Below, piece by piece: positions 28,568-39,032 of a stretch of DNA of 64,000 bases. The translations under genes and the position numbers were made by a program. Below the pieces are notes generated by a model that worked only from the letters and a program-made list of their open reading frames with translations, had not been told where the DNA came from and made no database searches. Source of the DNA: Cyanobacteriota bacterium (GTDB taxonomy: Bacteria; Cyanobacteriota; Cyanobacteriia; PCC-6307; Cyanobiaceae); NCBI GenBank assembly GCA_046052125.1, contig JBJOMY010000001.1:64001-128000 (forward strand). The letters run 5' to 3'. The stretch's first letter is position 1. Every line of letters begins with the position of its first letter.

Positions 28568-30343
28568 TCAGGCCGCTGAGGCCAGCAGGCTCTCCACCTT
28601 TTCGCGGCCCAGCTTCACCACGTAATCGCCGAAGGAGCGACGGCCGCCTGCGGCTTTCCATCCCTGCAGCAGCGGTTCGATCGTGGTTTCGAGCTTCTCG
28701 AGAGGCATCTTCTCGAGATACGGCTCAGCCAGGCGCGTGAGGTTGGGGGTGCCGCCGAGCCAGAGCTGGTATTGGTTCACGCCATCGCCCACCAGGCCAA
28801 GCTCGGCCATGTAGGGGCGGGCGCAGCCATTGGGGCAGCCGGTCATCCGCACCAGCATCGGCTTCTCGATCTCCAAGCGCCGCAGCTGGGCATCGAGGCG
28901 ATCCAACACCTGGGGCAGGATCCGCTCGGCTTCCGTGACCGCCAGCCCGCAGAGGGGTAGGGCCGGGCAGGCAATGGCATGGCGTGCCAACAGCGCCGGG
29001 GCGTCGGGGGCATCGATCCCCAGCGCTGCCAGGGCATCGCGCACGCTGCCCCGTTGGGCGGTGCCGATGTTGCACAGCAGGAGGTCTTGGTTGGGGGTGA
29101 GGCGGATCTCCAGCTGGTAGGTCTCCACCAGCTGGCGCAGCCCACGCTTGAGCTCGCCCCCGAGGCGGCCGCAGAGCAGGGGGATGCCCACGAACCACTT
29201 GCCGGCGGTCTGGCGATGCCAGCCCAGGTAGTCCTCGAGCTTCACCTTCGGCTCAAGCCGCATCCCTTTGATCGGGTGCTGGAAATACTTCGCCTTCAGT
29301 TCCTGCTTGAACCAGGCAATGCCCTGATCGTGGATCAGGTATTTCATCCGCGCGTGGCGGCGGTTGTTGCGATCGCCGTAGTCGCGCTGCAGCGCCAGGA
29401 TCGCCTGCACCAGATCAAGCACATGCTCGGCGTCCACATAGCCGAGGGGATCGGCGGTGCGGGCAAAGGTTTCTTCCTTGTTGTGGGTGCGGCCCATGCC
29501 ACCACCCACATACACGTTGCAGCCGCGCAGGGCGCCATTGGCATCGGCGAAGGCCACCAGGCCGATGTCCTGGGTGAGCAGATCCACGGAGTTATCGCCG
29601 GGAACCGTCACCGCGCACTTGAATTTGCGGGGCAGGTAGGTGGGTCCGTAGAGCGGTTCTTGGCTGTCGCCGCTGAACACACCGCCCTCGTGCTGGCGCT
29701 CACGCACCTTGTTCACGGCGCGGCTGGGCTTGATCCGGTAGCTGAGTTCGCCATCCACCCACAGGTCGAGGTAGGCCCCTTCCGCGGCTTGCGGGCTGAG
29801 GGTGTCGGCGATGTCGTTCGCCAGTTGGCGAGCAGCGGGGTAGGCACCCTTTTCGAAGGGCGCTGCCGGGGCCATCACATTGCGGTTGATATCGCCGCAG
29901 GCGGCCAGGGTGGAGCCCATGCCCCGCACGATCGTGCCAATCACTTCGCGCAGGTTGTGCTTCCGGATGCCATGCATCTGGAACGCCTGGCGCGTGGTCA
30001 CCCGCAGGGTGCCGTTGCCGAGGCGATCGGCCAGATCATCGAGGGCCAGATACAGCGAGGCAGGAATGCGACCGCCGGGGCTGCGCAGGCGCAGCATCAT
30101 CTGCCAATCCTTCTCTTGGCCTTTTTGCCTGTTTTCGCGATTGTCCTGCTGATAGCTGCCGTGGAACTTGAGCAGCTGAACAGCGCCTTCGCTGAAGTTG
30201 GGACGTTCGTTCTCCAGCTCTTCGGCGAGGGGATCGCGCAGGTAGGCGCTATCGGCCTTCAGCTGCTCGAACTTGCTGCGATCGGCGCCGTTGGCGATGC
30301 AAGGTGAGAAACCGCGTTCATCAGGCCCTGCCGTCACGGTCAC
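28568..30343 (-). CDS. sir: ferredoxin-sulfite reductase
   Basis: LKFHGSYQQDNR, TTRQAFQMHG, YLPRKFK, ACPALPLCGLA, TGCPNGC. Confidence 0.95.
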   Translation of the reverse strand: MTVTAGPDERGFSPCIANGADRSKFEQLKADSAYLRDPLAEELENERPNFSEGAVQLLKFHGSYQQDNRENRQKGQEKDWQMMLRLRSPGGRIPASLYLALDDLADRLGNGTLRVTTRQAFQMHGIRKHNLREVIGTIVRGMGSTLAACGDINRNVMAPAAPFEKGAYPAARQLANDIADTLSPQAAEGAYLDLWVDGELSYRIKPSRAVNKVRERQHEGGVFSGDSQEPLYGPTYLPRKFKCAVTVPGDNSVDLLTQDIGLVAFADANGALRGCNVYVGGGMGRTHNKEETFARTADPLGYVDAEHVLDLVQAILALQRDYGDRNNRRHARMKYLIHDQGIAWFKQELKAKYFQHPIKGMRLEPKVKLEDYLGWHRQTAGKWFVGIPLLCGRLGGELKRGLRQLVETYQLEIRLTPNQDLLLCNIGTAQRGSVRDALAALGIDAPDAPALLARHAIACPALPLCGLAVTEAERILPQVLDRLDAQLRRLEIEKPMLVRMTGCPNGCARPYMAELGLVGDGVNQYQLWLGGTPNLTRLAEPYLEKMPLEKLETTIEPLLQGWKAAGGRRSFGDYVVKLGREKVESLLASAA

Positions 30344-30495
30344 ACGCTGATCAAAGTGTTGTGATGACCGTAGCGAAACGCCGGTGGCAACCCGCTCAGC
30401 GCAGACGCTGAAAGCGGCTCCGGCAGCTGCACTCCGCGCCCCAGATCGCCCGGTCTCTCTTCAATACAGTGGGCGGCTGTTGCGGGCTGCCCCTC

Positions 30496-32661
30496 GTGTC
30501 GACCTTTCTGCTGGAGATCGGGACCGAGGAACTGCCCGCTGATTTTGCACGGCTGGCGCTCCCCCAGCTCGAGCAGATGGTGAGCCGCGATCTCAGCGAA
30601 GCGCGTCTCGGTTATGGTGAGATCCGCTGCACCAGTACGCCGCGGCGCCTCGCGGTGGTGGTGGAGGGTGTGGAGGCTGCGGCCCCTGATCTTGAGGAAG
30701 AGCGCAAAGGCCCTCCTGCAGCGCAGGCGTTTAAAGACGGCGTGCCAACCCCGGCTGCAGAAGGCTTCGCCAAGCGCTGCGGCATCGACGCCTCGGCCCT
30801 GGAGGTGCGCGAGACCCCGAAGGGTCCGTTTGTGTTCGCCCGCGTGCTGGAGCGGGGGCGGCCTGCGCCTGAGCTGCTGGGCGAATGGATTCCCCAATGG
30901 ATCAACAGCCTTCAGGGCCGGCGCTTCATGCGCTGGGGTTCGGGTGAGAGCCGCTTCTCACGGCCCGTGCGCTGGCTGGTGGCGATGCTTGATGGCCAGG
31001 TGGTGCCTGTGCGGCTCGAGGGCAGCGATCCGGAGGTGAGCAGCGGCAACAGCAGCCGGGGCCACCGTCTCAAGAGCGACGCCGTGAGCATTGCTAGTGC
31101 GTCTGGATACGCGGAAGCGTTGGCCGCTGCCGGTGTGCAGGTGGATCGCAGCGCCCGGGCCCAGTGGATCCGTGAGCAGGTGGCTGCGGCCGCTCAGGCG
31201 CTCGAGGCCACGCCAGACCTTCCCGATGAGTTGTTCGAGGAACTCACCGATCTGGTGGAGTCGCCCCTGCTGATCGAGGGCAGCGTGGCTGATCACTATT
31301 TGGCCTTACCGGCGGAGGTGCTCAGCACCGTGATGCGCGCCCACCAGCGCTATGTGCCCCTCTACCGCAAGGGTGCAGCCCACGACCCCCTCGCCCTCGA
31401 TGCCCGGGCCAGCCTGCTGCCCCGCTTCCTGTGCATTGGCAACGGCTTGCCGGAGGCCTCTGAGCTGGTGCGCCGCGGCAATGAGCGGGTGCTCAAGGCC
31501 CGCTTGGCGGATGCGGAGTTTTTCGTGGATGCCGATCGGGCCGTGGCCAGCATTGATCGGCGCGATCAACTGGCGCGGGTCACCTTTGCTGCAGGCCTGG
31601 GCTCCTTGCTCGATCGGGTTGAGCGCCTGGAGTGGTGCACCGATGTGCTGCTGGAGCAGCTCGCTTTGAGTGAAGCCACGGCGAGCCATGCCCGCCGCGG
31701 CGCCCATCTCTGCAAGCACGATCTGGTGAGCCAGATGGTGGGTGAATTCCCTGAGCTTCAGGGGGTGATGGGCGGGAAATATCTCCTGGCCGAAGGCGAG
31801 CCGCGCGAAGTGGCTCTGGCTGTTCTCGAGCACTACCTCCCCCGCGGCGCAGGCGACGATCTGCCCGAATCCGATGCAGGTGCCGTGGTGGCTCTGGCCG
31901 AGCGGCTCGAGCTGTTGCTGAGCATTTACGCCAAGGGTGAGCGCCCCACTGGTTCGTCGGATCCCTATGCCCTGCGCCGGGCCGGCAATGGCCTGCTGCA
32001 GATTCTCTGGGCCAAGGGCTGGAGCCTGGATCTGCAGCGACTGCTGGAGCGGGCCACCGCCCATTGGGCTCAGCTGCTGCCCGAGTTCAAGGTGGACGCA
32101 CCGGCCCTGGCTGCGGAGCTGGCTGAGTTTCTGCGTCAGAGGCTGCAGAGCCTGCTCGAAGAGGGCGGCACGGCTGTGGATCTGGTGCAGGCTGTGGCGG
32201 GGGATGGTGTGCCGATTGAGCGGGTGATCACCGATCCGGCTGATGCGCGCCAGCGGGCGGAGCTGCTGATGGCCCTGCGCTCCAGCGGTGAGCTGGCGGC
32301 GGTGCAGGCGGTGGTGACCCGCGCGGCCCGCTTGGCAGAAAAAGGCGATCTCGATGCCAGCGTGCTTTCCGCAGCAACGGTGGTGGATCCGGCACTGTTT
32401 GAGAAGAGCAGCGAAGCGGGGATGCTGGCGGTGATCGATCAGCTCGAGCCCATCGCCACCAGGGATAGCGCCGATCGCTACAGCCGCCTGGCCCAGGGCT
32501 TGATCGCGGGTGCCTCAGCGCTGGCGGCCTTCTTTGATGGGGACCAGAGCGTGATGGTGATGGCCGACGACGCAGCGGTCCGCGCCAACCGTCTGAATCT
32601 CCTGGGCGTGTTGCGCAATCAGGCCTCGGTGTTGGCCGATTTCAGCCGCATCACCGGCTGA
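30496..32661 (+). CDS. glyS: glycine--tRNA ligase beta subunit
   Basis: FLLEIGTEELP, FSRPVRW, EFPELQG, PTGSSDPYALRR; GTG start 30496. Confidence 0.97.
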   Translation: MSTFLLEIGTEELPADFARLALPQLEQMVSRDLSEARLGYGEIRCTSTPRRLAVVVEGVEAAAPDLEEERKGPPAAQAFKDGVPTPAAEGFAKRCGIDASALEVRETPKGPFVFARVLERGRPAPELLGEWIPQWINSLQGRRFMRWGSGESRFSRPVRWLVAMLDGQVVPVRLEGSDPEVSSGNSSRGHRLKSDAVSIASASGYAEALAAAGVQVDRSARAQWIREQVAAAAQALEATPDLPDELFEELTDLVESPLLIEGSVADHYLALPAEVLSTVMRAHQRYVPLYRKGAAHDPLALDARASLLPRFLCIGNGLPEASELVRRGNERVLKARLADAEFFVDADRAVASIDRRDQLARVTFAAGLGSLLDRVERLEWCTDVLLEQLALSEATASHARRGAHLCKHDLVSQMVGEFPELQGVMGGKYLLAEGEPREVALAVLEHYLPRGAGDDLPESDAGAVVALAERLELLLSIYAKGERPTGSSDPYALRRAGNGLLQILWAKGWSLDLQRLLERATAHWAQLLPEFKVDAPALAAELAEFLRQRLQSLLEEGGTAVDLVQAVAGDGVPIERVITDPADARQRAELLMALRSSGELAAVQAVVTRAARLAEKGDLDASVLSAATVVDPALFEKSSEAGMLAVIDQLEPIATRDSADRYSRLAQGLIAGASALAAFFDGDQSVMVMADDAAVRANRLNLLGVLRNQASVLADFSRITG

Positions 32662-32744
32662 TCAGCTGCCGCCAGCGCACGCCCACTAGGGTGTGGATTG
32701 AGCAGGTGATGCAGCGCACCTGGTGATCAGGTTCGGCATTCACC

Positions 32745-33845
32745 TTGCAACACACTCAGCTCAAGAATCGCGGCGATTTTTCGCTGGCGCCCTTTCGTCG
32801 CTCCGACAACCTGCGGGCGCTCTGGCAGCTGCTCACCACGCTGGTTCCCACGGCCTTGCTTTGGGCAGCCTTGCCCTGGCTCTGGCAACCGCTGCGGCTT
32901 GAAACCCTGTTGATCGTGCCCGCGCTGGCGTTGCTGGTGCTGTTTTCAGCCCGTTGTTTTTCCCTGATGCATGACTGCGGGCACGGGTCATTGTTTCGCA
33001 GCAAACTTCTTAATCGCAGTGTTGGCTTTCTGCTGGGCGTTGTGAATGCGATTCCGCAGCATCCCTGGTCGCGGGGGCACGCCTTTCATCATCTGCATAA
33101 CGGCAACTGGGAGCGATATCGCGGCCCTTCGGCTCTGCTCACGGTGGAGCAATTTCAGCAGCTCACGCCTCAGCAGCAACAACGCTATGGATGGTCGCGC
33201 CACCCCTTGATGCTTTTCCCGGGTGGCTTTTCTTATCTGGTGGTGCGTCCACGGCTGCAGTTGTTGCTTGGCCTCTGGGAGTGGGCGGGTGCGATGGCTG
33301 CTGCAGTGCGCCGGGATGGCTGGAGTGCGCTGTTCAGTTTGGTTCCCCGAACCTTGGCCTTCAAATCCAGCCACTGGTATACGGGCGGTGAATTCATCGA
33401 TCTAGCGGCGAACAATCTCTGCGTGCTCTCGAGTTGGTGGTTGATGAGCCGTTGGCTAGGCGCTGGTTTGTTCTGGAGTTGCTATGCGATCGTGATGACC
33501 TGCTCGGCCGCGATCTTTATCTGCATCTTCTTTGTGCAGCACAACTTTCCGGATTCCTACGCCCACCGCACCAATGACTGGAGCTACTTCAAAGGGGCAA
33601 TTGAGGGCAGCAGCAATTTGATTCTTCCGCGTTTGCTGCATTGGTTTTCGGCAGATATCGCCTTCCATAGCATTCACCACCTGTGTGAACGTATCCCTAA
33701 CTACCGGCTGCGTGCTTGCCATGAGGCCAATCAACACTTGCTGGATGATTGCGCTTATCTGCGTCTCCGTGATCTACCGCGCTGCTTTAATCTGATCCTT
33801 TGGGATAGCGGCAAGCAGAAGCTTGTGTCGATGACTGAGGCCTGA
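32745..33845 (+). CDS. membrane fatty acid desaturase
   Basis: Three His boxes HDCGH, HAFHH, HSIHH plus FFVQHNF and IPNYRL. Confidence 0.92.
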   Translation: MQHTQLKNRGDFSLAPFRRSDNLRALWQLLTTLVPTALLWAALPWLWQPLRLETLLIVPALALLVLFSARCFSLMHDCGHGSLFRSKLLNRSVGFLLGVVNAIPQHPWSRGHAFHHLHNGNWERYRGPSALLTVEQFQQLTPQQQQRYGWSRHPLMLFPGGFSYLVVRPRLQLLLGLWEWAGAMAAAVRRDGWSALFSLVPRTLAFKSSHWYTGGEFIDLAANNLCVLSSWWLMSRWLGAGLFWSCYAIVMTCSAAIFICIFFVQHNFPDSYAHRTNDWSYFKGAIEGSSNLILPRLLHWFSADIAFHSIHHLCERIPNYRLRACHEANQHLLDDCAYLRLRDLPRCFNLILWDSGKQKLVSMTEA

Positions 33846-33916
33846 ACCTTTCCGCCTCTCGGAGAGTCAGTCCTGCACGTAATAGTGCAGGCACGACGCG
33901 ATCAACCAGATCTGCA

Positions 33917-33950
33917 CAAAAAAGCCGCCCCTCTCGGGACGGCTGATTTG
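33917..33950 (-). terminator. intrinsic terminator of chlP
   Basis: Minus strand AGCCGTCCCGAGAGGGGCGGCT hairpin followed by TTTTT. Confidence 0.75.
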
Positions 33951-33983
33951 TTGTGGCGGCAATTCAGCCGTTCAGGCTTCGTT

Positions 33984-35381
33984 TCAGCCTTTGCCAGCCA
34001 ACACGGGCTCGCGCTCATCGGTTGCTGAATCGGAGGCCTTCGTTCCGTTAGAGCCAGCTTCCTTGGCCTTGCCCACGCGGATGCCACCTTTGATGGTGCT
34101 TACGGCAAGCATGGCGTTCACTTCGGCTTCGTCGCGAACGGCGCTGGCCACCGGTTTGTAGCCCTGCGGTGCCAGGGCGTTGCCGCGCAGCACCGAACCC
34201 AGGGTGAGAAGCGTGAGCTTGAGCTGCTGCCAGGGGTTCATCATCACCACGCGCTTATAGAGATAGCTGTCGAAGGTGAGACGCTGCACGTCCTTGTCAT
34301 CGCACATCTCCACGAACGCTTCGCGGGCTGCATCGTTGCGGTAGAAGATGTTCTGGAGGATCTCCAGCACTTTGTAGGTGGCGCCGTACTGGCGATCCCA
34401 CTTCTTCAGATACTTCTTGAGGTCGGCCTCGCTGGGCACCTTGGTGCCGCCCTGGCTGGATTCCACGATCTGCTCGGCGCACATGCGGCCGCTCTTGGCT
34501 GCGAAGTAGATGCCTTCGCCGGAGCTCTTGGTCACATAGCCGGCGGCATCGCCCACTAGAGCCATGCGGCCCACTACTCGGCGCGGACGGGGGTGCTCAG
34601 GGATCGGGTGCGCTTCCACCTTGATCACTTCGCCATTTACTAGGCGCTTCTTGGCGCGCTCGCGAATGCCTTCCTGCAGGCTCTTGATCAGGGCCTGGTT
34701 CTCCTGCATGGTGCCGGTGCCCACGGCCACGTGGTCGTATTTAGGGAACACCCAGGCGTAGAAGTCGGGCGACACATCGGTGCCCACGTACATCTCAGCG
34801 AGGCTCTCGTAGTACTTCATCTCTTCCGGGGGCAGCTTGATGCGCTCCTGGAAGGCGATCGCCACGTTGTAGTCGCCGGCATCCATGGCCTTGGCCACGC
34901 GGCTGTTGGCGCCATCGGCGCCAATGATCAGATCCACTTCGAGGGTCTGGGTGATGCCGGTGGCTTCACCCTCGCTGTAGTCGGAGTAGGTGAGGGTGTA
35001 GGGGCCCTGGCGGTTGGCACCTGTGTCGATCTTGGTGACGAGACCATTCACCAGATGGGCGCCCAGCTCGGCGGCACGGTTGCGCAGGAAGGCATCCATC
35101 ACCTCGCGGCGGCACATGCCGATGTATTCGTTCTCGTTCTCGAGATTGATATCCACCTCACGGTTGGAGGGGGAGATCATCTTCATGTTGCGGACCTTGC
35201 GGTCGATGATCGACTCGGGCAGGTCGAACTCGGCCACCATGCACAGCGGAATCGCACCACCGCAGGGTTTGGCGTTATCCAGCTTGCGCTCGAAGATCCA
35301 GGTTTGAATGCCGGCCTTGGCAAGCACTTCTGCAGCACAGGATCCGCTCGGGCCGCCGCCCACCACCGCGACTCGCAACAT
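33984..35381 (-). CDS. chlP: geranylgeranyl reductase
   Basis: MLRVAVVGGGPSG, AKPCGGAIPLCM, GDAAGYVTKSSGEGIYFA. Confidence 0.98.
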   Translation of the reverse strand: MLRVAVVGGGPSGSCAAEVLAKAGIQTWIFERKLDNAKPCGGAIPLCMVAEFDLPESIIDRKVRNMKMISPSNREVDINLENENEYIGMCRREVMDAFLRNRAAELGAHLVNGLVTKIDTGANRQGPYTLTYSDYSEGEATGITQTLEVDLIIGADGANSRVAKAMDAGDYNVAIAFQERIKLPPEEMKYYESLAEMYVGTDVSPDFYAWVFPKYDHVAVGTGTMQENQALIKSLQEGIRERAKKRLVNGEVIKVEAHPIPEHPRPRRVVGRMALVGDAAGYVTKSSGEGIYFAAKSGRMCAEQIVESSQGGTKVPSEADLKKYLKKWDRQYGATYKVLEILQNIFYRNDAAREAFVEMCDDKDVQRLTFDSYLYKRVVMMNPWQQLKLTLLTLGSVLRGNALAPQGYKPVASAVRDEAEVNAMLAVSTIKGGIRVGKAKEAGSNGTKASDSATDEREPVLAGKG

Positions 35382-35440
35382 CTTGAAACCCGCTCCGCCA
35401 GAAGGATGTTGGGGGGAAGCTAACACCGCTAAGCAGTGCG

Positions 35441-36262
35441 TTGCTGGCGTTGCCTTGGCACAGGCCTACCATCGGTCAACCCTGCCGCCATGGGAGACGT
35501 CGCTTGCCCAGCGCCAGTCGGCTGCCCACTGCGGCACGCAGCTCCAAGCGCTCCGGCGGCGACGACATCCCGCTCGCTAAACGCACGGTTTCACCGGCCC
35601 TGCAGCGCAAGCCCCGCTGGCGCCTTGCGCTCGTTGCCGCTGGTTCCAGTGTGCTTGCGGCGGCTGCGCTGGTGGTGGTGTTTCCGCAACCGATCAGACG
35701 CCTGCTCGCACCCCCGCCGGTGCAGGGCCTCAAGGCAAGGGTTGGCCTCGATGGTCGGCTCCTGGGGCACTTTCCCTACGGAGAAGCGGCGCCCGCTGAT
35801 CTGGTGGCGATCGCGCCGGGTGTGGAGCTGCACCGCGATGCAGCCGAAGCGCTTGAACGATTGATGGCTTCGGCAGCGGCCGATGGCGTGGAGCTCAGGG
35901 TGCTCAGTGCCTACCGCTCCATTGATCTTCAGAAGACGATCTTTTTCGATGTGAAATCTGAGCGCAATCAGAGTGCACTGGAGCGGGCTCAGGTGAGTGC
36001 ACCGCCGGGCTTCTCCGAGCACAGCACCGGTTACGCGGTGGATCTCGGTGATGGCCAAGCCCCGGGCACGGATCTCTCCCCCAGCTTCGAGTCCACCAAG
36101 GCGTTTGCCTGGCTGCAGGCCAATGCCAATCGCTATCACTTCACCTTGTCGTTTCCTCAGGGGAACCGCCAGGGCGTGAGCTACGAGCCCTGGCATTGGC
36201 GCTTTGAAGGCAGCGCGGATGCGCTCAAAACCTTTGAAGCCGCTGAGCGGCTTGGCCGCTGA
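35441..36262 (+). CDS. D-alanyl-D-alanine carboxypeptidase (M15B, VanY-like)
   Basis: SAYRS, SAPPGFSEHSTGYAVD, YEPWHWRF; N-terminal TM; start uncertain. Confidence 0.9.
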   Translation: MLALPWHRPTIGQPCRHGRRRLPSASRLPTAARSSKRSGGDDIPLAKRTVSPALQRKPRWRLALVAAGSSVLAAAALVVVFPQPIRRLLAPPPVQGLKARVGLDGRLLGHFPYGEAAPADLVAIAPGVELHRDAAEALERLMASAAADGVELRVLSAYRSIDLQKTIFFDVKSERNQSALERAQVSAPPGFSEHSTGYAVDLGDGQAPGTDLSPSFESTKAFAWLQANANRYHFTLSFPQGNRQGVSYEPWHWRFEGSADALKTFEAAERLGR

Positions 36263-38787
36263 TGGCTGCCCTGCCTGAACTGCTCGCCCCGGCAGGTTGC
36301 TGGGAGTCGCTCAAGGCCGCCGTGGCCAATGGCGCCGATGCCGTGTATTTCGGTGTGGAGCAGTTCAACGCCAGGCTCCGCGCTGAGAACTTCTGCCTCT
36401 GCGATCTGCCGGAGGTGATGGAGTGGCTGCACCGCCGCGGTGTGAAGGGATTCCTCACCGTGAACGTGCTGATCTTTCCGGCGGAGCTGCAACAGGCAGC
36501 TGAGTTGCTGCTGGCGGCAGAAGCAGCTGGCGTGGATGCGCTGATCGTGCAAGACGTGGGCCTGGCGTTGCTGGCCCGGGAGCTCACACCGGAGTTGGCG
36601 GTGCATGGCTCCACGCAGATGTCGATCACCAGTGCCGCCGGTGTGGCGATCGCGGCTGAACTGGGTTGCACGCGGGTGGTGTTGGCCCGGGAACTCAGCC
36701 TGAAGGATCTGCAGCGCATCCAGGCTCAACTCCACCAGCGGGCTCTGGAGATGCCTCTGGAGGTGTTTGTGCACGGTGCCCTGTGCGTGGCCTACTCCGG
36801 CCAATGCCTCACCAGCGAAGCCCTCGGCCAGCGCAGCGCCAACCGAGGCGAATGCGCCCAGGCCTGCCGGCTTCCGTATCAATTGATCGTCGATGGTGAG
36901 GAGCGTGATCTCGGCGAGCAGCGCTATTTGATGTCGCCGCAGGATCTGGCGGCTTGGGATCTGTTGCCCCAGCTGGCGGCCTGCGGCATCGCCAGCCTCA
37001 AGATTGAGGGGCGGTTGAAGGAGTCCACCTACGTGGCTGCCGTCACCGATGCCTACCGCCAGGGACTTGATCAGTTGGCGGCGAAGGCGGATGAGAGCGA
37101 CGCGCCTCTGCAGCCCACCGAGCAATTGCGCCGGCAGCTGGAGCTGAGCTTTTCCCGTGGTCTCAGTCACGGCTGGCTCGATGGGGTGAACCATCGCCAG
37201 CTGGTGAACGGGCGCTGGAGCAAAAAACGCGGTCCCTGGCTGGGGCGGCTGGAGCAGGCACCCGCCCAGGGCCGCCTGGTGCTGCGCACCCAGCAAGCCC
37301 TCAAGCCTGGCGATGGGGTGGTGCTCGAGGTGCCCAATTCCGATCCACTTCAGCCGCCCCGGGAGGTGGGGGGCCGGCTGATGCAGGTGGAGCCTCTGCC
37401 CGGCGGGCGCGTGGCCTTGAAGCTCGGGCCGGGGCGCATCGATTGTTCGGGGTTGCAGCCCGGCAGCCCCTGTTGGCTCACCAGTGATCCCCAGCTGGAA
37501 CGGCAGCTGGAGCGCCTCGCTCAACGGGATTCGCAAGAACAACGCCAACCCCTGCAGCTGCGGGTGTGGGGCCGTGTCGATGAGCCGTTGCGCCTGGAAG
37601 TGGCCGCCATCCCAGGCCTGGCTGGCGGTCCTTGGCAGGTGGCCTCCAGCCAGCCGCTGCAACCCGCCCGCGGCGCCGCACTCGATCGGGATCGCCTGGA
37701 GCAGCAACTGGGCCGTCTGGGCGGCACCCCTTGGTGCCTGGGCGGGCTGGAGGCGCGCCTGGAGGGCGAGCTGTTCCTGCCGGTGGCGCAGCTCAACGAG
37801 CTGCGCCGGGCCTTGGTGGATCAGTTGGCTGAGGCCATGCCTGCCGTGAGTTCTGTGGCTTCCACCTCAGCCGGTGCGCCAGCGTTGGAGCGTTGGAGCG
37901 CTCTGCTGCCAGCGCCGCAAAGCGAGCCTTGCGAGCCAGGGGCGGTGGAGCTGAGCGTGTTGGTGCGCAGCCTTGAGCAACTGGAGGCGCTGCGCGAGCT
38001 GCCGGTGCACCGCGTGATCGTGGATCTGGAGCATCCGGCTCAGTTGCGGCAGGCCGTGCGCGCTGGGCGGGGTTGTTGGCCCGGGGGCATCTGGGCCGCA
38101 GGCGCCCGGATCTGCCGCCCTGATGAGGCTTGGACCCTGGAGCCGCTGCTCCGGGCGGAGCCGGATGGCTTTTTGGTGCGCAATGCCGATCAGCTTGAGC
38201 GGCTGACCCCGGTGGCCCCTTGCATCGGTGATTTCTCGTTGAATGTGGCCAACCCGCTCACGGCCCGCTGGTTTTTGGAGCGCTGGGGCCTGGAGGCGAT
38301 CACCGCCAGCTACGACCTGGCCCTGGATCAGCTCCTGGCGCTGGTGGCCGGCACCGCCTCAGGCCGCGTGGAAATCACCCTGCACCAGCACATGCCGCTG
38401 TTCCACATGGAGCACTGCCTGTTCTGCGCCTTCCTCTCCGACGGTCACGACCACACCGATTGCGGTCGCCCCTGCGAAACCCACACGGTGCTGTTGCGCG
38501 ATCGCAGCGGCGTTGAGCACCCCTTGCGGGCGGATCTGGGCTGCCGCAACACCTTGTTTAACGGCCGTGCGCAAACGGCAGCCGAGGCGATTCCCCAGTT
38601 GTTGCAAGCTGGTGTGCGTCGCCTCAGGCTGGAATTGCTCGACGACAGCCCGACCGATGCGCGCCGGCGGGTGGAGCTCTATCAGCAGGCCATCAGCGGG
38701 GAGCTCAGTGGGCGCACCGTGTGGCAGCGCGAGCAGCTGGAAAGCCGCCTTGGCGTGACCCGCGGCACCCTGGTGCAACGCCGCTGA
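36262..38787 (+). CDS. U32 family protein (RlhA-like Fe-S RNA hydroxylase, long form)
   Basis: PELLAPAG, HGSTQM, FVHGALCVAYSGQC, ANRGECAQACR, LKIEGRLK. Confidence 0.9.
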   Translation: MAALPELLAPAGCWESLKAAVANGADAVYFGVEQFNARLRAENFCLCDLPEVMEWLHRRGVKGFLTVNVLIFPAELQQAAELLLAAEAAGVDALIVQDVGLALLARELTPELAVHGSTQMSITSAAGVAIAAELGCTRVVLARELSLKDLQRIQAQLHQRALEMPLEVFVHGALCVAYSGQCLTSEALGQRSANRGECAQACRLPYQLIVDGEERDLGEQRYLMSPQDLAAWDLLPQLAACGIASLKIEGRLKESTYVAAVTDAYRQGLDQLAAKADESDAPLQPTEQLRRQLELSFSRGLSHGWLDGVNHRQLVNGRWSKKRGPWLGRLEQAPAQGRLVLRTQQALKPGDGVVLEVPNSDPLQPPREVGGRLMQVEPLPGGRVALKLGPGRIDCSGLQPGSPCWLTSDPQLERQLERLAQRDSQEQRQPLQLRVWGRVDEPLRLEVAAIPGLAGGPWQVASSQPLQPARGAALDRDRLEQQLGRLGGTPWCLGGLEARLEGELFLPVAQLNELRRALVDQLAEAMPAVSSVASTSAGAPALERWSALLPAPQSEPCEPGAVELSVLVRSLEQLEALRELPVHRVIVDLEHPAQLRQAVRAGRGCWPGGIWAAGARICRPDEAWTLEPLLRAEPDGFLVRNADQLERLTPVAPCIGDFSLNVANPLTARWFLERWGLEAITASYDLALDQLLALVAGTASGRVEITLHQHMPLFHMEHCLFCAFLSDGHDHTDCGRPCETHTVLLRDRSGVEHPLRADLGCRNTLFNGRAQTAAEAIPQLLQAGVRRLRLELLDDSPTDARRRVELYQQAISGELSGRTVWQREQLESRLGVTRGTLVQRR

Positions 38788-39032
38788 GGGCCTTATCCCA
38801 CTTCAGGCGCTGCGATAGATTCCCTTAACGCACCGTAGGGGTCATCGGTCTCAGCTTCCACTGCTGCTCAGCGTTGCTCGGCATCAGAACGGATCTGCAG
38901 GCCACGCTGCAAGAGATACCAGCTCCATTCACATCGCAATTTGCCGTGTGATCGGGCTCAGGGGTTTCAGCCACCGTTCCCACGCCAACGCCTGCGGCGT
39001 GCGCACTAGAGATCAACCGACACCATCGATTT

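Noticed and set aside
27843..36262. VanX-like and VanY-like genes as a glycopeptide resistance cluster
   Set aside because: They are unlinked, sit among core genes, and no vanA/H/R/S is present
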